In this document: piece by piece, positions 45,801 to 55,528 of the stretch
How the letters are laid out: each line of letters begins with the position of its first letter
How positions within the stretch are numbered: the first letter of the stretch is position 1
Source: Escherichia coli
GTDB taxonomy: Bacteria > Pseudomonadota > Gammaproteobacteria > Enterobacterales > Enterobacteriaceae
Assembly (NCBI RefSeq): GCF_003334385.1
Contig: NZ_QOWN01000007.1
Direction: 5' to 3' (one strand)
DNA: 64,000 nucleotides
The notes under the pieces: generated by a model
The model's input: the letters and a program-made list of their open reading frames with translations, nothing else
Told to the model about the DNA's origin: nothing
Database searches by the model: none
Program-made: the position numbers and the translations under genes

Positions 45801-46694
45801 CCACGGCAGTTCACCGTCAGCTTTGATGAAACCTTAAAACCGTTTGTGCGTGATGTTTCCGGCAGCCGCCTGAAAGACCTGCCCAAACCGAACAAAAGCG
45901 ATGATGAAACGCGGGCGAACGATGCGGTTAACCGCTACAAATTGCTGAAAAAAGATGCGCGTACCATCGCCGCCCAGCAGGTAGCAAGGCTGGAATCCGC
46001 CATGTGCCTGCGCCGCCGCTGGTCGCTGGAAAACTTCCAGCTCTTCCTGGTTGAGCATCCGCTGGTTCGTCACTTAACCCGCCGTCTGATTTGGGGCGTT
46101 TATAGCGCCGAAAACCAGCTACTGGCTTGCTTTCGCGTAGCAGAAGATAACAGCTCCAGCACCGCTGACGATGATCTTTTCACCCTGCCGGAAGGCGATA
46201 TCTCTATCGGCACTCCTCACGTTCTGGAAATATCACCAACGGATGCTGCCGCCTTTGGTCAGCTTTTTGCCGACTACGAACTGCTACCACCGTTCCGCCA
46301 GCTCGACCGTAACAGCTACGCCCTGACAGAAGCCGAGCGCAATGCCAGTGAACTGACCCGCTGGGCAGGCAGAAAATGCCCGAGTGGTCGGGTCATGGGG
46401 CTGGCGAATAAAGGCTGGATAAAGGGCGAACCACAGGATGGAGGCTGGATCGGATGGATGATCAAACCTTTGGGTCGCTGGTCGTTAATCATGGAAATCG
46501 ATGAAGGCTTTGCGGTAGGCATGTCGCCAGCCGAACTCAGCGCTGAGCAGCTCTTAAGCAAGCTGTGGCTATGGGAAGGCAAAGCAGAAAGATATGGCTG
46601 GGGGAGTAATTCAACACAGGAAGCGCAGTTCTCCGTAATCGATGCCATCACCGCCAGCGAGCTAATTAACGATATTGAAGCCCTGTTTGAATAA
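42900..46694 (+). pseudogene. molR: MolR (YehH) WGR-domain / YehI-like large protein, one frame of about 1264 codons interrupted by one in-frame TGA (43722-43724)
   Basis: ORFs 42900..43724 and 43836..46694 are in the same frame; the sequence between them translates without further stops (RLRKHLSLTEESLWQ...); N-terminus has a WGR-like motif (HISWGKVGTKGQ); strongly paralogous to yehI. Confidence 0.7.
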
Positions 46695-46703
46695 GGAAAG
46701 AGC

Positions 46704-49700
46704 ATGGACAAGGAATTACCGTGGCTGGCGGATAACGCCCAACTGGAACTGAAATATAAAAAAGGCAAAACGCCGCTCAGTCATCGTCGCTGGCCGGGCG
46801 AACCAGTGTCCGTTATCACTGGAAGTCTCATCCAGACATTGGGTGATGAATTGCTACAAAAAGCTGAGAAGAAAAAAAACATTGTCTGGCGTTATGAGAA
46901 TTTTTCACTGGAGTGGCAGTCCGCCATCACGCAGGCCATCAACTTGATCGGCGAACACAAACCCTCAATCCCGGCCCGGACAATGGCGGCGCTAGCCTGT
47001 ATCGCGCAAAATGACAGCCAACAGTTGCTCGACGAAATCGTCCAACAAGAGGGGCTGGAATATGCGACTGAGGTGGTGATTGCACGCCAGTTTATTGCGC
47101 GGTGTTATGAGAGTGATCCTCTGGTAGTGACATTGCAGTATCAGGACGAGGATTATGGCTATGGTTATCGCTCAGAAACCTATAACGAATTCGATCTCCG
47201 ACTGCGTAAGCATCTCTCTCTGGCAGAGGAAAGCTGCTGGCAGCGTTGCGCCGACAAACTCATTGCCGCACTACCAGGAATAACCAAAGTTCGCCGCCCT
47301 TTTATTGCGCTGATCCTCCCGGAAAAACCAGAAATAGCCAATGAGTTGGTAGGCCTTGAATGCCCGCGAACTCATTTTCATTCTAAGGAGTGGTTAAAAG
47401 TTGTTGCTAATGACCCCACAGCGGTGAGAAAACTCGAACACTACTGGAGCCAGGATATATTTAGCGATCGAGAAGCCAGCTACATGTCGCATGAAAACCA
47501 CTTCGGCTACGCGGCCTGCGCCGCCCTTTTGCGCGAACAAGGACTGGCAGCCATTCCGCGCCTCGCGATGTATGCCCATAAAGAAGATTGCGGCAGTCTG
47601 CTGGTACAAATTAACCATCCGCAAGTCATCCGCACCTTGCTACTGGTGGCTGATAAAAACAAACCCAGCCTGCAACGTGTAGCTAAATACCATAAAAACT
47701 TCCCCCATGCGACGCTCGCCGCACTGGCAGAACTGCTGGCGTTAACAGAACCACCAGCCCGCCCTGGTTATCCAATCATCGAAGACAAAAAGCTGCCTGC
47801 ACAGCAAAAAGCACGCGATGAATACTGGCGTACGCTGTTACAAACGCTGATGGCATCGCAGCCACAACTGGCAGCAGAAGTGATGCCGTGGTTAAGTACT
47901 CAACCCCAGTCAGTGCTGAAGAGTTATTTATCGGCACCGCCCAAACCGGTTATTGATGGCACCGATAACAGCAATCTGCCAGAAATCCTCGTTTCACCAC
48001 CGTGGCGTAGTAAGAAAAAAATGACAGCTCCACGTCTTGATTTGGCACCGCTCGAATTAACTCCGCAAGTTTACTGGCAACCAGGCGAACAAGAGAGGCT
48101 TGCCGCCACTGAGCCTGCCCGTTATTTCAGCACGGAATCTCTTGCGCAACGCATGGAACAAAAAAGTGGACGAGTTGTATTACAGGAACTGGGTTTTGGG
48201 GATGATGTATGGCTGTTTCTGAATTATATACTCCCCGGAAAACTGGATGCTGCACGCAATTCACTCTTTGTTCAGTGGCATTACTACCAGGGGCGGGTTG
48301 AAGAGATCCTGAATGGCTGGAACTCCCCGGAAGCACAATTAGCAGAACAGGCGCTCCGCAGCGGTCACATAGAAGCGTTAATTAACATATGGGAAAATGA
48401 CAACTACTCACATTATCGTCCGGAAAAGAGTGTCTGGAACCTGTATTTATTGGCACAGTTGCCGCGTGAGATGGCTTTGACCTTCTGGCTGCGTATCAAT
48501 GAGAAAAAGCATCTGTTCGCGGGTGAGGACTATTTTCTCAGTATCCTCGGATTGGATGCGCTACCAGGTCTGCTGTTGGCTTTTTCACATCGTCCAAAAG
48601 AAACATTTCCGTTAATTTTAAATTTTGGCGCAACAGAACTGGCGCTGCCTGTTGCCCACGTCTGGCGACGTTTCGCGGCGCAGCGTGATCTGGCTCGCCA
48701 GTGGATTTTACAATGGCCGGAACATACGGCTAGTGCACTTATCCCTCTTGTCTTTACCAAACCCAGCGATAATAGCGAAGCCGCATTACTTGCCCTGCGT
48801 TTACTGTACGAACAGGGACATGGCGAATTGCTACAAACCGTGGCAAACCGCTGGCAGCGTACAGATGTATGGTCTGCCCTGGAGCAGTTGCTTAAACAGG
48901 GTCCAATGGACATTTACCCGGCACGCATTCCAAAAGCCCCTGATTTCTGGCATCCGCAAATGTGGTCCAGGCCGCGCCTTATCACTAATAATCAAACTGT
49001 TACCAATGACGCTCTGGAAATTATCGGCGAAATGCTGCGCTTTACCCAGGGGGGACGTTTTTATAGCGGGCTGGAACAACTGAAAACGTTCTGCCAGCCA
49101 CAAACGCTGGCAGCTTTTGCCTGGGATCTCTTCACTGCGTGGCAACAAGCTGGTGCCCCCGCAAAAGACAACTGGGCATTTCTGGCGTTAAGTCTCTTTG
49201 GTGACGAAAGCACGGCACGGGATCTGACGACACAGATCCTCGCCTGGCCACAAGAAGGCAAATCTGCCCGTGCTGTCAGCGGCCTGAACATCCTTACCCT
49301 GATGAATAATGATATGGCGCTGATACAGCTGCATCATATATCGCAACGGGCTAAATCCCGCCCCTTACGTGATAACGCGGCGGAATTTCTTCAGGTGGTC
49401 GCAGAAAATCGCGGGCTAAGCCAGGAAGAGCTAGCGGACAGATTAGTCCCAACCCTGGGCCTTGATGATCCGCAGGCGTTGAGTTTTGATTTTGGTCCCC
49501 GGCAGTTTACCGTTCGCTTCGATGAAAATCTCAACCCGGTTATCTTTGATCAGCAAAACGTTCGCCAGAAAAGCGTTCCCCGTTTGCGCGCCGATGACGA
49601 TCAACTGAAAGCGCCCGAGGCACTGGCCCGACTAAAAGGGCTAAAAAAAGATGCTACTCAGGTGAGCAAAAACCTGCTCCCGCGTCTTGAAACGGCCCTA

Positions 49701-50336
49701 CGTACCACCCGACGCTGGTCGCTGGCAGATTTTCATTCTCTGTTTGTTAATCATCCCTTTACCCGTCTGGTTACCCAGCGATTAATATGGGGGGTTTATC
49801 CGGCAAATGAACCGCGTTGTTTACTCAAAGCCTTTCGTGTGGCCGCAGAGGGGGAGTTCTGCAATGCGCAAGATGAGCCAATTGACCTGCCTGCGGACGC
49901 TCTGATTGGCATTGCCCACCCGTTAGAAATGACAGCAGAAATGCGCAGTGAATTTGCACAGCTTTTTGCCGATTACGAAATTATGCCGCCTTTTCGCCAG
50001 TTGTCGCGCCGCACGGTGCTGCTCACACCTGACGAGTCAACCAGTAACAGCCTGACTCGCTGGGAAGGTAAATCCGCTACCGTTGGGCAACTTATGGGAA
50101 TGCGATACAAAGGCTGGGAGTCAGGCTATGAGGACGCATTTGTCTATAACCTGGGTGAGTACCGGCTGGTCCTTAAGTTTTCACCCGGTTTTAACCACTA
50201 CAATGTTGATAGCAAAGCGCTAATGAGCTTCCGTTCTCTTCGAGTGTACCGTGACAATAAATCCGTCACTTTTGCCGAACTTGATGTGTTTGATTTGAGT
50301 GAGGCGTTAAGCGCACCTGACGTCATTTTCCATTAA
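46704..50336 (+). CDS. yehI: YehI, large protein of unknown function (1210 aa), paralog of MolR
   Basis: ORF 46704..50336; extended colinear similarity to the molR translation (e.g. LEYATEVVIA, LPEKPEIA, FAWDLFTAWQ.AGAP). Confidence 0.8.
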   Translation: MDKELPWLADNAQLELKYKKGKTPLSHRRWPGEPVSVITGSLIQTLGDELLQKAEKKKNIVWRYENFSLEWQSAITQAINLIGEHKPSIPARTMAALACIAQNDSQQLLDEIVQQEGLEYATEVVIARQFIARCYESDPLVVTLQYQDEDYGYGYRSETYNEFDLRLRKHLSLAEESCWQRCADKLIAALPGITKVRRPFIALILPEKPEIANELVGLECPRTHFHSKEWLKVVANDPTAVRKLEHYWSQDIFSDREASYMSHENHFGYAACAALLREQGLAAIPRLAMYAHKEDCGSLLVQINHPQVIRTLLLVADKNKPSLQRVAKYHKNFPHATLAALAELLALTEPPARPGYPIIEDKKLPAQQKARDEYWRTLLQTLMASQPQLAAEVMPWLSTQPQSVLKSYLSAPPKPVIDGTDNSNLPEILVSPPWRSKKKMTAPRLDLAPLELTPQVYWQPGEQERLAATEPARYFSTESLAQRMEQKSGRVVLQELGFGDDVWLFLNYILPGKLDAARNSLFVQWHYYQGRVEEILNGWNSPEAQLAEQALRSGHIEALINIWENDNYSHYRPEKSVWNLYLLAQLPREMALTFWLRINEKKHLFAGEDYFLSILGLDALPGLLLAFSHRPKETFPLILNFGATELALPVAHVWRRFAAQRDLARQWILQWPEHTASALIPLVFTKPSDNSEAALLALRLLYEQGHGELLQTVANRWQRTDVWSALEQLLKQGPMDIYPARIPKAPDFWHPQMWSRPRLITNNQTVTNDALEIIGEMLRFTQGGRFYSGLEQLKTFCQPQTLAAFAWDLFTAWQQAGAPAKDNWAFLALSLFGDESTARDLTTQILAWPQEGKSARAVSGLNILTLMNNDMALIQLHHISQRAKSRPLRDNAAEFLQVVAENRGLSQEELADRLVPTLGLDDPQALSFDFGPRQFTVRFDENLNPVIFDQQNVRQKSVPRLRADDDQLKAPEALARLKGLKKDATQVSKNLLPRLETALRTTRRWSLADFHSLFVNHPFTRLVTQRLIWGVYPANEPRCLLKAFRVAAEGEFCNAQDEPIDLPADALIGIAHPLEMTAEMRSEFAQLFADYEIMPPFRQLSRRTVLLTPDESTSNSLTRWEGKSATVGQLMGMRYKGWESGYEDAFVYNLGEYRLVLKFSPGFNHYNVDSKALMSFRSLRVYRDNKSVTFAELDVFDLSEALSAPDVIFH

Positions 50337-50396
50337 AACACAGCGGGCAGTGATGCAACTGCCCGTTATCAACACGACTTACCAGCGGGGAAAGCG

Positions 50397-50714
50397 ATGA
50401 TCGTGCAAAAAGAGCTGGTTGCTATTTACGATTATGAGGTCCCTGTACCTGAAGATCCGTTTTCCTTCAGACTTGAGATCCATAAATGCTCTGAATTATT
50501 TACAGGTTCCGTCTATCGACTGGAGCGATTCCGGTTACGTCCAACATTTCATCAACGTGATCGAGAAGATGCTGACCCGCTAATAAATGATGCGTTGATT
50601 TATATAAGAGATGAGTGTATTGATGAGCGGAAATTACGAGGTGAATCACCTGAAACTGTAATAGCAATTTTTAATCGTGAACTACAGAATATATTCAACC
50701 AAGAAATAGAATAA
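50397..50714 (+). CDS. yehK: YehK, small protein of unknown function (105 aa)
   Basis: ORF 50397..50714 followed by a terminator; synteny. Confidence 0.7.
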   Translation: MIVQKELVAIYDYEVPVPEDPFSFRLEIHKCSELFTGSVYRLERFRLRPTFHQRDREDADPLINDALIYIRDECIDERKLRGESPETVIAIFNRELQNIFNQEIE

Positions 50715-50883
50715 TATACTCTAAATAATTCAAATTGGTCCGATCCGGCGCAACGTCCCAATGGCCTGGATTATAAATCTCATTATCTTAATTGCAACGG
50801 GGTCCAGCCGTGGTTATAATTCGTTCGTTGGAACACGATGTTGCACAGACTGTGGTGTTAGGCCTGAAAATAGTAAATAAAAG

Positions 50884-50909
50884 AACCTGCCTCACCAGCA
50901 GGTTTTTTT
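50884..50909 (+). terminator. Rho-independent terminator after yehK
   Basis: aacctgc-ctcacca-gcaggtt hairpin followed by ttttttt. Confidence 0.6.
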
Positions 50910-51020
50910 ATTTACTGTGATCTGCTTTCCAGATATTTTTCGCTCAAACAACTAATGCGCCAAACATTTATTGCGCGTAAAATATCGTTTATTTCATTAA
51001 TACATTTCAGGGATGAATAT

Positions 51021-52109
51021 ATGTCACCGCAGAATAATCATCTGCAGCGTCCGCCTGCTGCTGTGTTATACGCCGATGAACTGGCAAAATTAAAACAAAA
51101 TGATAACGCACCTTGCCCGCCCGGTTGGCAGTTAAGTTTGCCTGCGGCCCGTGCTTTTATCCTTGGCGACGAAGCGCAAAATATCAGCCGTAAAGTGGTG
51201 ATTAGCCCCTCCGCTGTCGAACGTATGTTAGTCACTCTTGCTACCGGCCGCGGTTTGATGTTGGTGGGGGAACCGGGTACCGCAAAATCTCTTCTTTCTG
51301 AATTACTGGCAACCGCTATTAGCGGCGATGCCGGGTTAACCATCCAGGGCGGGGCATCTACCACCGAAGATCAAATCAAGTATGGCTGGAACTACGCCCT
51401 GCTTATCAATCATGGTCCGTCAACGGAAGCGCTGGTCCCTGCCCCGCTTTATCAGGGAATGCGCGACGGCAAAATCGTCCGTTTCGAAGAGATAACGCGT
51501 ACACCGCTGGAAGTGCAGGACTGTCTGTTAGGTATGCTTTCTGACAGGGTGATGACGGTGCCGGAACTCACTGGTGAAGCCAGTCAGCTCTATGCGCGAG
51601 AAGGCTTTAATATTATTGCCACTGCCAATACCCGCGATCGCGGCGTCAATGAAATGAGTGCTGCGCTAAAGCGTCGCTTCGATTTTGAAACGGTTTTTCC
51701 GATTATGGATTTCGCCCAGGAGTTGGAACTGGTCGCCAGTGCTTCGGCGCGTTTGCTGGCCCATAGCGGTATTCCGCATAAAGTGCCTGACGCGGTACTG
51801 GAATTACTGGTCCGCACCTTCCGCGATCTGCGTGCCAACGGCGAAAAGAAAACGTCAATGGATACACTGACAGCGATTATATCCACCGCTAAAGCCGTGA
51901 ACGTGGCCCATGCTGTGGGCGTCCGCGCCTGGTTTTTAGCGAATCGCGCGGGGGAGCCTGCCGACCTGGTGGAATGTATTGCCGGAACCATCGTCAAAGA
52001 TAACGAAGAAGATCGCGCGCGTCTGCGCCGTTACTTCGAACAGCGTGTCGCCACACATAAAGAAGCTCACTGGCAGGCTTATTATCAAGCCCGCCACCGC
52101 CTGCCGTGA
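51021..52109 (+). CDS. yehL: MoxR-like AAA+ ATPase YehL (362 aa)
   Basis: ORF 50955..52109; start chosen at ATG 51021 (MSPQNNHL); Walker A GEPGTAKS. Confidence 0.85.
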   Translation: MSPQNNHLQRPPAAVLYADELAKLKQNDNAPCPPGWQLSLPAARAFILGDEAQNISRKVVISPSAVERMLVTLATGRGLMLVGEPGTAKSLLSELLATAISGDAGLTIQGGASTTEDQIKYGWNYALLINHGPSTEALVPAPLYQGMRDGKIVRFEEITRTPLEVQDCLLGMLSDRVMTVPELTGEASQLYAREGFNIIATANTRDRGVNEMSAALKRRFDFETVFPIMDFAQELELVASASARLLAHSGIPHKVPDAVLELLVRTFRDLRANGEKKTSMDTLTAIISTAKAVNVAHAVGVRAWFLANRAGEPADLVECIAGTIVKDNEEDRARLRRYFEQRVATHKEAHWQAYYQARHRLP

Positions 52110-52119
52110 GGAAAGATGC

Positions 52120-54399
52120 ATGAGCGAGCCGTTAATTGTCGGCATCCGGCATCATAGTCCGGCCTGCGCCCGGCTGGTGAAATCGTTAATCGAAAGCCAG
52201 CGGCCACGATACGTGTTGATTGAAGGCCCGGCTGATTTTAATGACCGGGTAGACGAACTGTTTTTAGCCCACCAGCTTCCGGTAGCTATTTACAGTTATT
52301 GCCAGTATCAGGACGGTGCAGCCCCCGGGCGTGGTGCCTGGACGCCATTTGCTGAATTTTCGCCGGAGTGGCAGGCGCTACAAGCCGCACGTCGCATTCA
52401 GGCACAAACTTACTTCATCGATTTGCCTTGCTGGGCGCAGAGTGAAGAAGAGGACGATTCGCCTGATACGCAAGATGAAAGCCAGGCCTTACTGCTGCGT
52501 GCCACCCGCATGGATAACAGCGATACCCTGTGGGATCACTTGTTCGAAGATGAAAGCCAGCAAACTGCATTACCCTCTGCGCTGGCGCACTATTTTGCCC
52601 AACTGCGGGGCGACGCCTCCGGCGATGCGCTCAATCGTCAGCGCGAAGCCTTTATGGCCCGCTGGATTGGATGGGCGATGCAGCAAAATAATGGCGACGT
52701 GTTAGTTGTCTGCGGTGGCTGGCACGCTCCGGCACTGGCAAAGATGTGGCGCGAATGCCCTCAGAAAATTAACAAGCCAGAATTGCCCTCGCTGGCAGAT
52801 GCCGTTACAGGTTGTTATCTCACACCCTACAGTGAAAAGCGCCTTGATGTGCTGGCAGGATACCTTTCAGGAATGCCTGCCCCGGTATGGCAAAACTGGT
52901 GCTGGCAGTGGGGCTTGCAGAAGGCCGGTGAACAACTGCTAAAAACTATCCTTACCCGTTTGCGCCAGCACAAATTGCCCGCTTCTACCGCGGATATGGC
53001 TGCCGCTCATCTGCATGCGATGGCGCTGGCACAGTTGCGCGGTCATACACTACCGTTACGCACTGACTGGCTGGATGCCATAGCAGGCTCGCTGATTAAA
53101 GAAGCCCTGAACGCGCCGTTGCCGTGGAGCTATCGCGGCGTTATTCATCCCGATACCGATCCGATTCTGCTAACGTTGATAGACACATTAGCGGGTGACG
53201 GATTCGGTAAACTTGCCCCTTCTACGCCACAACCGCCTCTGCCAAAAGATGTCACCTGCGAACTGGAACGTACCGCAATCTCCCTTCCGGCGGAGCTTAC
53301 CTTAAATCGCTTTACCCCCGATGGGCTGGCGCAAAGTCAGGTGTTACATCGGCTGGCAATACTGGAGATCCCTGGGATTGTACGCCAGCAGGGAAGTACA
53401 CTGACACTTGCAGGCAACGGTGAAGAACGCTGGAAATTAACCCGCCCGCTTAGCCAGCATGCGGCATTGATTGAGGCCGCCTGTTTTGGTGCCACACTCC
53501 AGGAAGCCGCACGCAATAAATTAGAAGCCGATATGCTGGACGCGGGCGGAATCGGCAGTATCACCACATGTCTTAGCCAGGCGGCGTTAGCGGGTCTGGC
53601 GTCCTTCAGTCAACAATTACTGGAGCAACTCACACTATTAATCGCCCAGGAAAATCAATTTGCCGAAATGGGCCAGGCGCTGGAAGTGCTTTATGCCTTA
53701 TGGCGGCTGGATGAAATTAGCGGTATGCAAGGCGCGCAGATATTACAAACGACGTTATGCGCGACTATCGATCGCACGCTGTGGCTGTGTGAATCTAACG
53801 GCAGACCGGATGAAAAGGAGTTTCACGCTCACCTGCATAGCTGGCAAGCGCTTTGCCATATTCTGCGCGATCTACATAGCGGCGTTAATTTACCCGGCGT
53901 TTCTCTTTCTGCGGCGGTAGCCTTACTGGAGCGACGCAGTCAGGCAATTCATGCCCCGGCGCTGGATCGCGGCGCGGCTCTTGGCGCACTAATGCGTCTG
54001 GAACATCCCAACGCCAGTGCCGAAGCGGCGCTGACGATGCTGGCGCAGTTATCCCCGGCACAATCTGGTGAGGCGCTGCACGGTTTGCTGGCGCTGGCCC
54101 GCCATCAACTGGCCTGTCAGCCGGCATTTATCGCCGGTTTCAGCAGTCATTTAAATCAACTGAGTGAAGCCGATTTTATTAACGCCCTGCCCGATTTACG
54201 CGCGGCGATGGCCTGGCTACCACCACGAGAACGCGGGACGCTGGCGCATCAGGTGCTTGAGCATTATCAACTGGCGCAACTTCCCGTTTCGGCGCTGCAA
54301 ATGCCGTTGCATTGTCCACCACAGGCCATTGCACATCATCAACAACTCGAACAGCAGGCACTGGCATCGCTGCAAAACTGGGGAGTTTTCCATGTCTGA
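52120..54399 (+). CDS. yehM: YehM, large protein of unknown function (759 aa)
   Basis: ORF 51979..54399; start chosen at ATG 52120 (MSEPLIVGIRHH), 10 bp after the yehL stop. Confidence 0.8.
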   Translation: MSEPLIVGIRHHSPACARLVKSLIESQRPRYVLIEGPADFNDRVDELFLAHQLPVAIYSYCQYQDGAAPGRGAWTPFAEFSPEWQALQAARRIQAQTYFIDLPCWAQSEEEDDSPDTQDESQALLLRATRMDNSDTLWDHLFEDESQQTALPSALAHYFAQLRGDASGDALNRQREAFMARWIGWAMQQNNGDVLVVCGGWHAPALAKMWRECPQKINKPELPSLADAVTGCYLTPYSEKRLDVLAGYLSGMPAPVWQNWCWQWGLQKAGEQLLKTILTRLRQHKLPASTADMAAAHLHAMALAQLRGHTLPLRTDWLDAIAGSLIKEALNAPLPWSYRGVIHPDTDPILLTLIDTLAGDGFGKLAPSTPQPPLPKDVTCELERTAISLPAELTLNRFTPDGLAQSQVLHRLAILEIPGIVRQQGSTLTLAGNGEERWKLTRPLSQHAALIEAACFGATLQEAARNKLEADMLDAGGIGSITTCLSQAALAGLASFSQQLLEQLTLLIAQENQFAEMGQALEVLYALWRLDEISGMQGAQILQTTLCATIDRTLWLCESNGRPDEKEFHAHLHSWQALCHILRDLHSGVNLPGVSLSAAVALLERRSQAIHAPALDRGAALGALMRLEHPNASAEAALTMLAQLSPAQSGEALHGLLALARHQLACQPAFIAGFSSHLNQLSEADFINALPDLRAAMAWLPPRERGTLAHQVLEHYQLAQLPVSALQMPLHCPPQAIAHHQQLEQQALASLQNWGVFHV

Positions 54400-55528
54400 A
54401 CTGAACGATCTTCTGACCACCCGTGAGCTACAACGCTGGCGATTAATTCTTGGCGAAGCGGCAGAAACGACGCTTTGTGGGCTGGATGACAACGCCCGGC
54501 AGATAGACCACGCGCTGGAGTGGCTGTATGGGCGCGATCCTGAACGGCTCCAGCGTGGTGAACGTTCCGGTGGATTAGGTGGCTCAAATCTCACCACCCC
54601 TGAGTGGATCAACAGTATTCACACGCTGTTTCCGCAGCAGGTGATTGAGCGGCTGGAAAGCGATGCCGTGCTGCGCTACGGCATTGAAGATGTGGTGACG
54701 AATCTCGACGTGCTGGAACGTATGCAGCCTTCTGAAAGCCTGCTACGCGCTGTTTTGCACACCAAACATCTGATGAACCCCGAAGTACTGGCTGCCGCCC
54801 GCCGGATAGTGTGCCAGGTTGTTGAAGAAATTATGGCTCGACTGGCAAAGGAAGTTCGTCAGGCTTTTTCTGGTGTCCGCGATCGCCGTCGCCGTTCATT
54901 TATTCCACTGGCGCGAAACTTTGATTTCAAAAGTACTCTGCGCGCCAACCTGCAACACTGGCACCCGCAACACGGCAAGTTGTATATCGAATCCCCCCGC
55001 TTTAACAGCCGCATTAAACGCCAAAGCGAACAATGGCAACTGGTCTTACTGGTTGATCAAAGCGGATCGATGGTCGATTCGGTGATCCACTCTGCGGTGA
55101 TGGCGGCCTGTTTGTGGCAGTTACCCGGCATTCGTACCCATCTGGTGGCGTTTGACACAAGCGTCGTTGATCTCACGGCAGACGTTGCCGATCCGGTAGA
55201 GTTATTAATGAAAGTACAGTTGGGCGGCGGGACCAATATCGCCAGTGCCGTGGAGTATGGTCGGCAACTTATTGAACAACCAGCGAAAAGCGTCATTATC
55301 CTCGTGAGCGATTTTTACGAAGGGGGTTCATCATCATTACTGACGCATCAGGTGAAAAAGTGTGTCCAGAGCGGCATCAAAGTGCTGGGACTGGCAGCGC
55401 TCGATAGCACCGCAACACCTTGCTATGACCGCGATACGGCCCAGGCGCTGGTTAATGTCGGCGCACAAATAGCCGCCATGACGCCGGGCGAGCTGGCATC
55501 ATGGCTTGCGGAGAATCTTCAGTCATGA
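54392..55528 (+). CDS. yehP: von Willebrand factor A (VWA) domain protein YehP (378 aa)
   Basis: ORF 54164..55528; start chosen at ATG 54392, overlapping the yehM stop (ATGTCTGA); MIDAS-like DQSGS in LVLLVDQSGSM. Confidence 0.8.
   Translation: MSELNDLLTTRELQRWRLILGEAAETTLCGLDDNARQIDHALEWLYGRDPERLQRGERSGGLGGSNLTTPEWINSIHTLFPQQVIERLESDAVLRYGIEDVVTNLDVLERMQPSESLLRAVLHTKHLMNPEVLAAARRIVCQVVEEIMARLAKEVRQAFSGVRDRRRRSFIPLARNFDFKSTLRANLQHWHPQHGKLYIESPRFNSRIKRQSEQWQLVLLVDQSGSMVDSVIHSAVMAACLWQLPGIRTHLVAFDTSVVDLTADVADPVELLMKVQLGGGTNIASAVEYGRQLIEQPAKSVIILVSDFYEGGSSSLLTHQVKKCVQSGIKVLGLAALDSTATPCYDRDTAQALVNVGAQIAAMTPGELASWLAENLQS

Noticed and set aside
50955-51020. Longer N-terminal extensions of yehL, yehM (51979), yehP (54164), rcnB (33206) and metG (40717) suggested by the ORF track
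   Set aside because: The extensions overlap upstream genes or terminators and lack ribosome-binding sites; the internal ATGs give translationally coupled starts and products matching the family N-termini.
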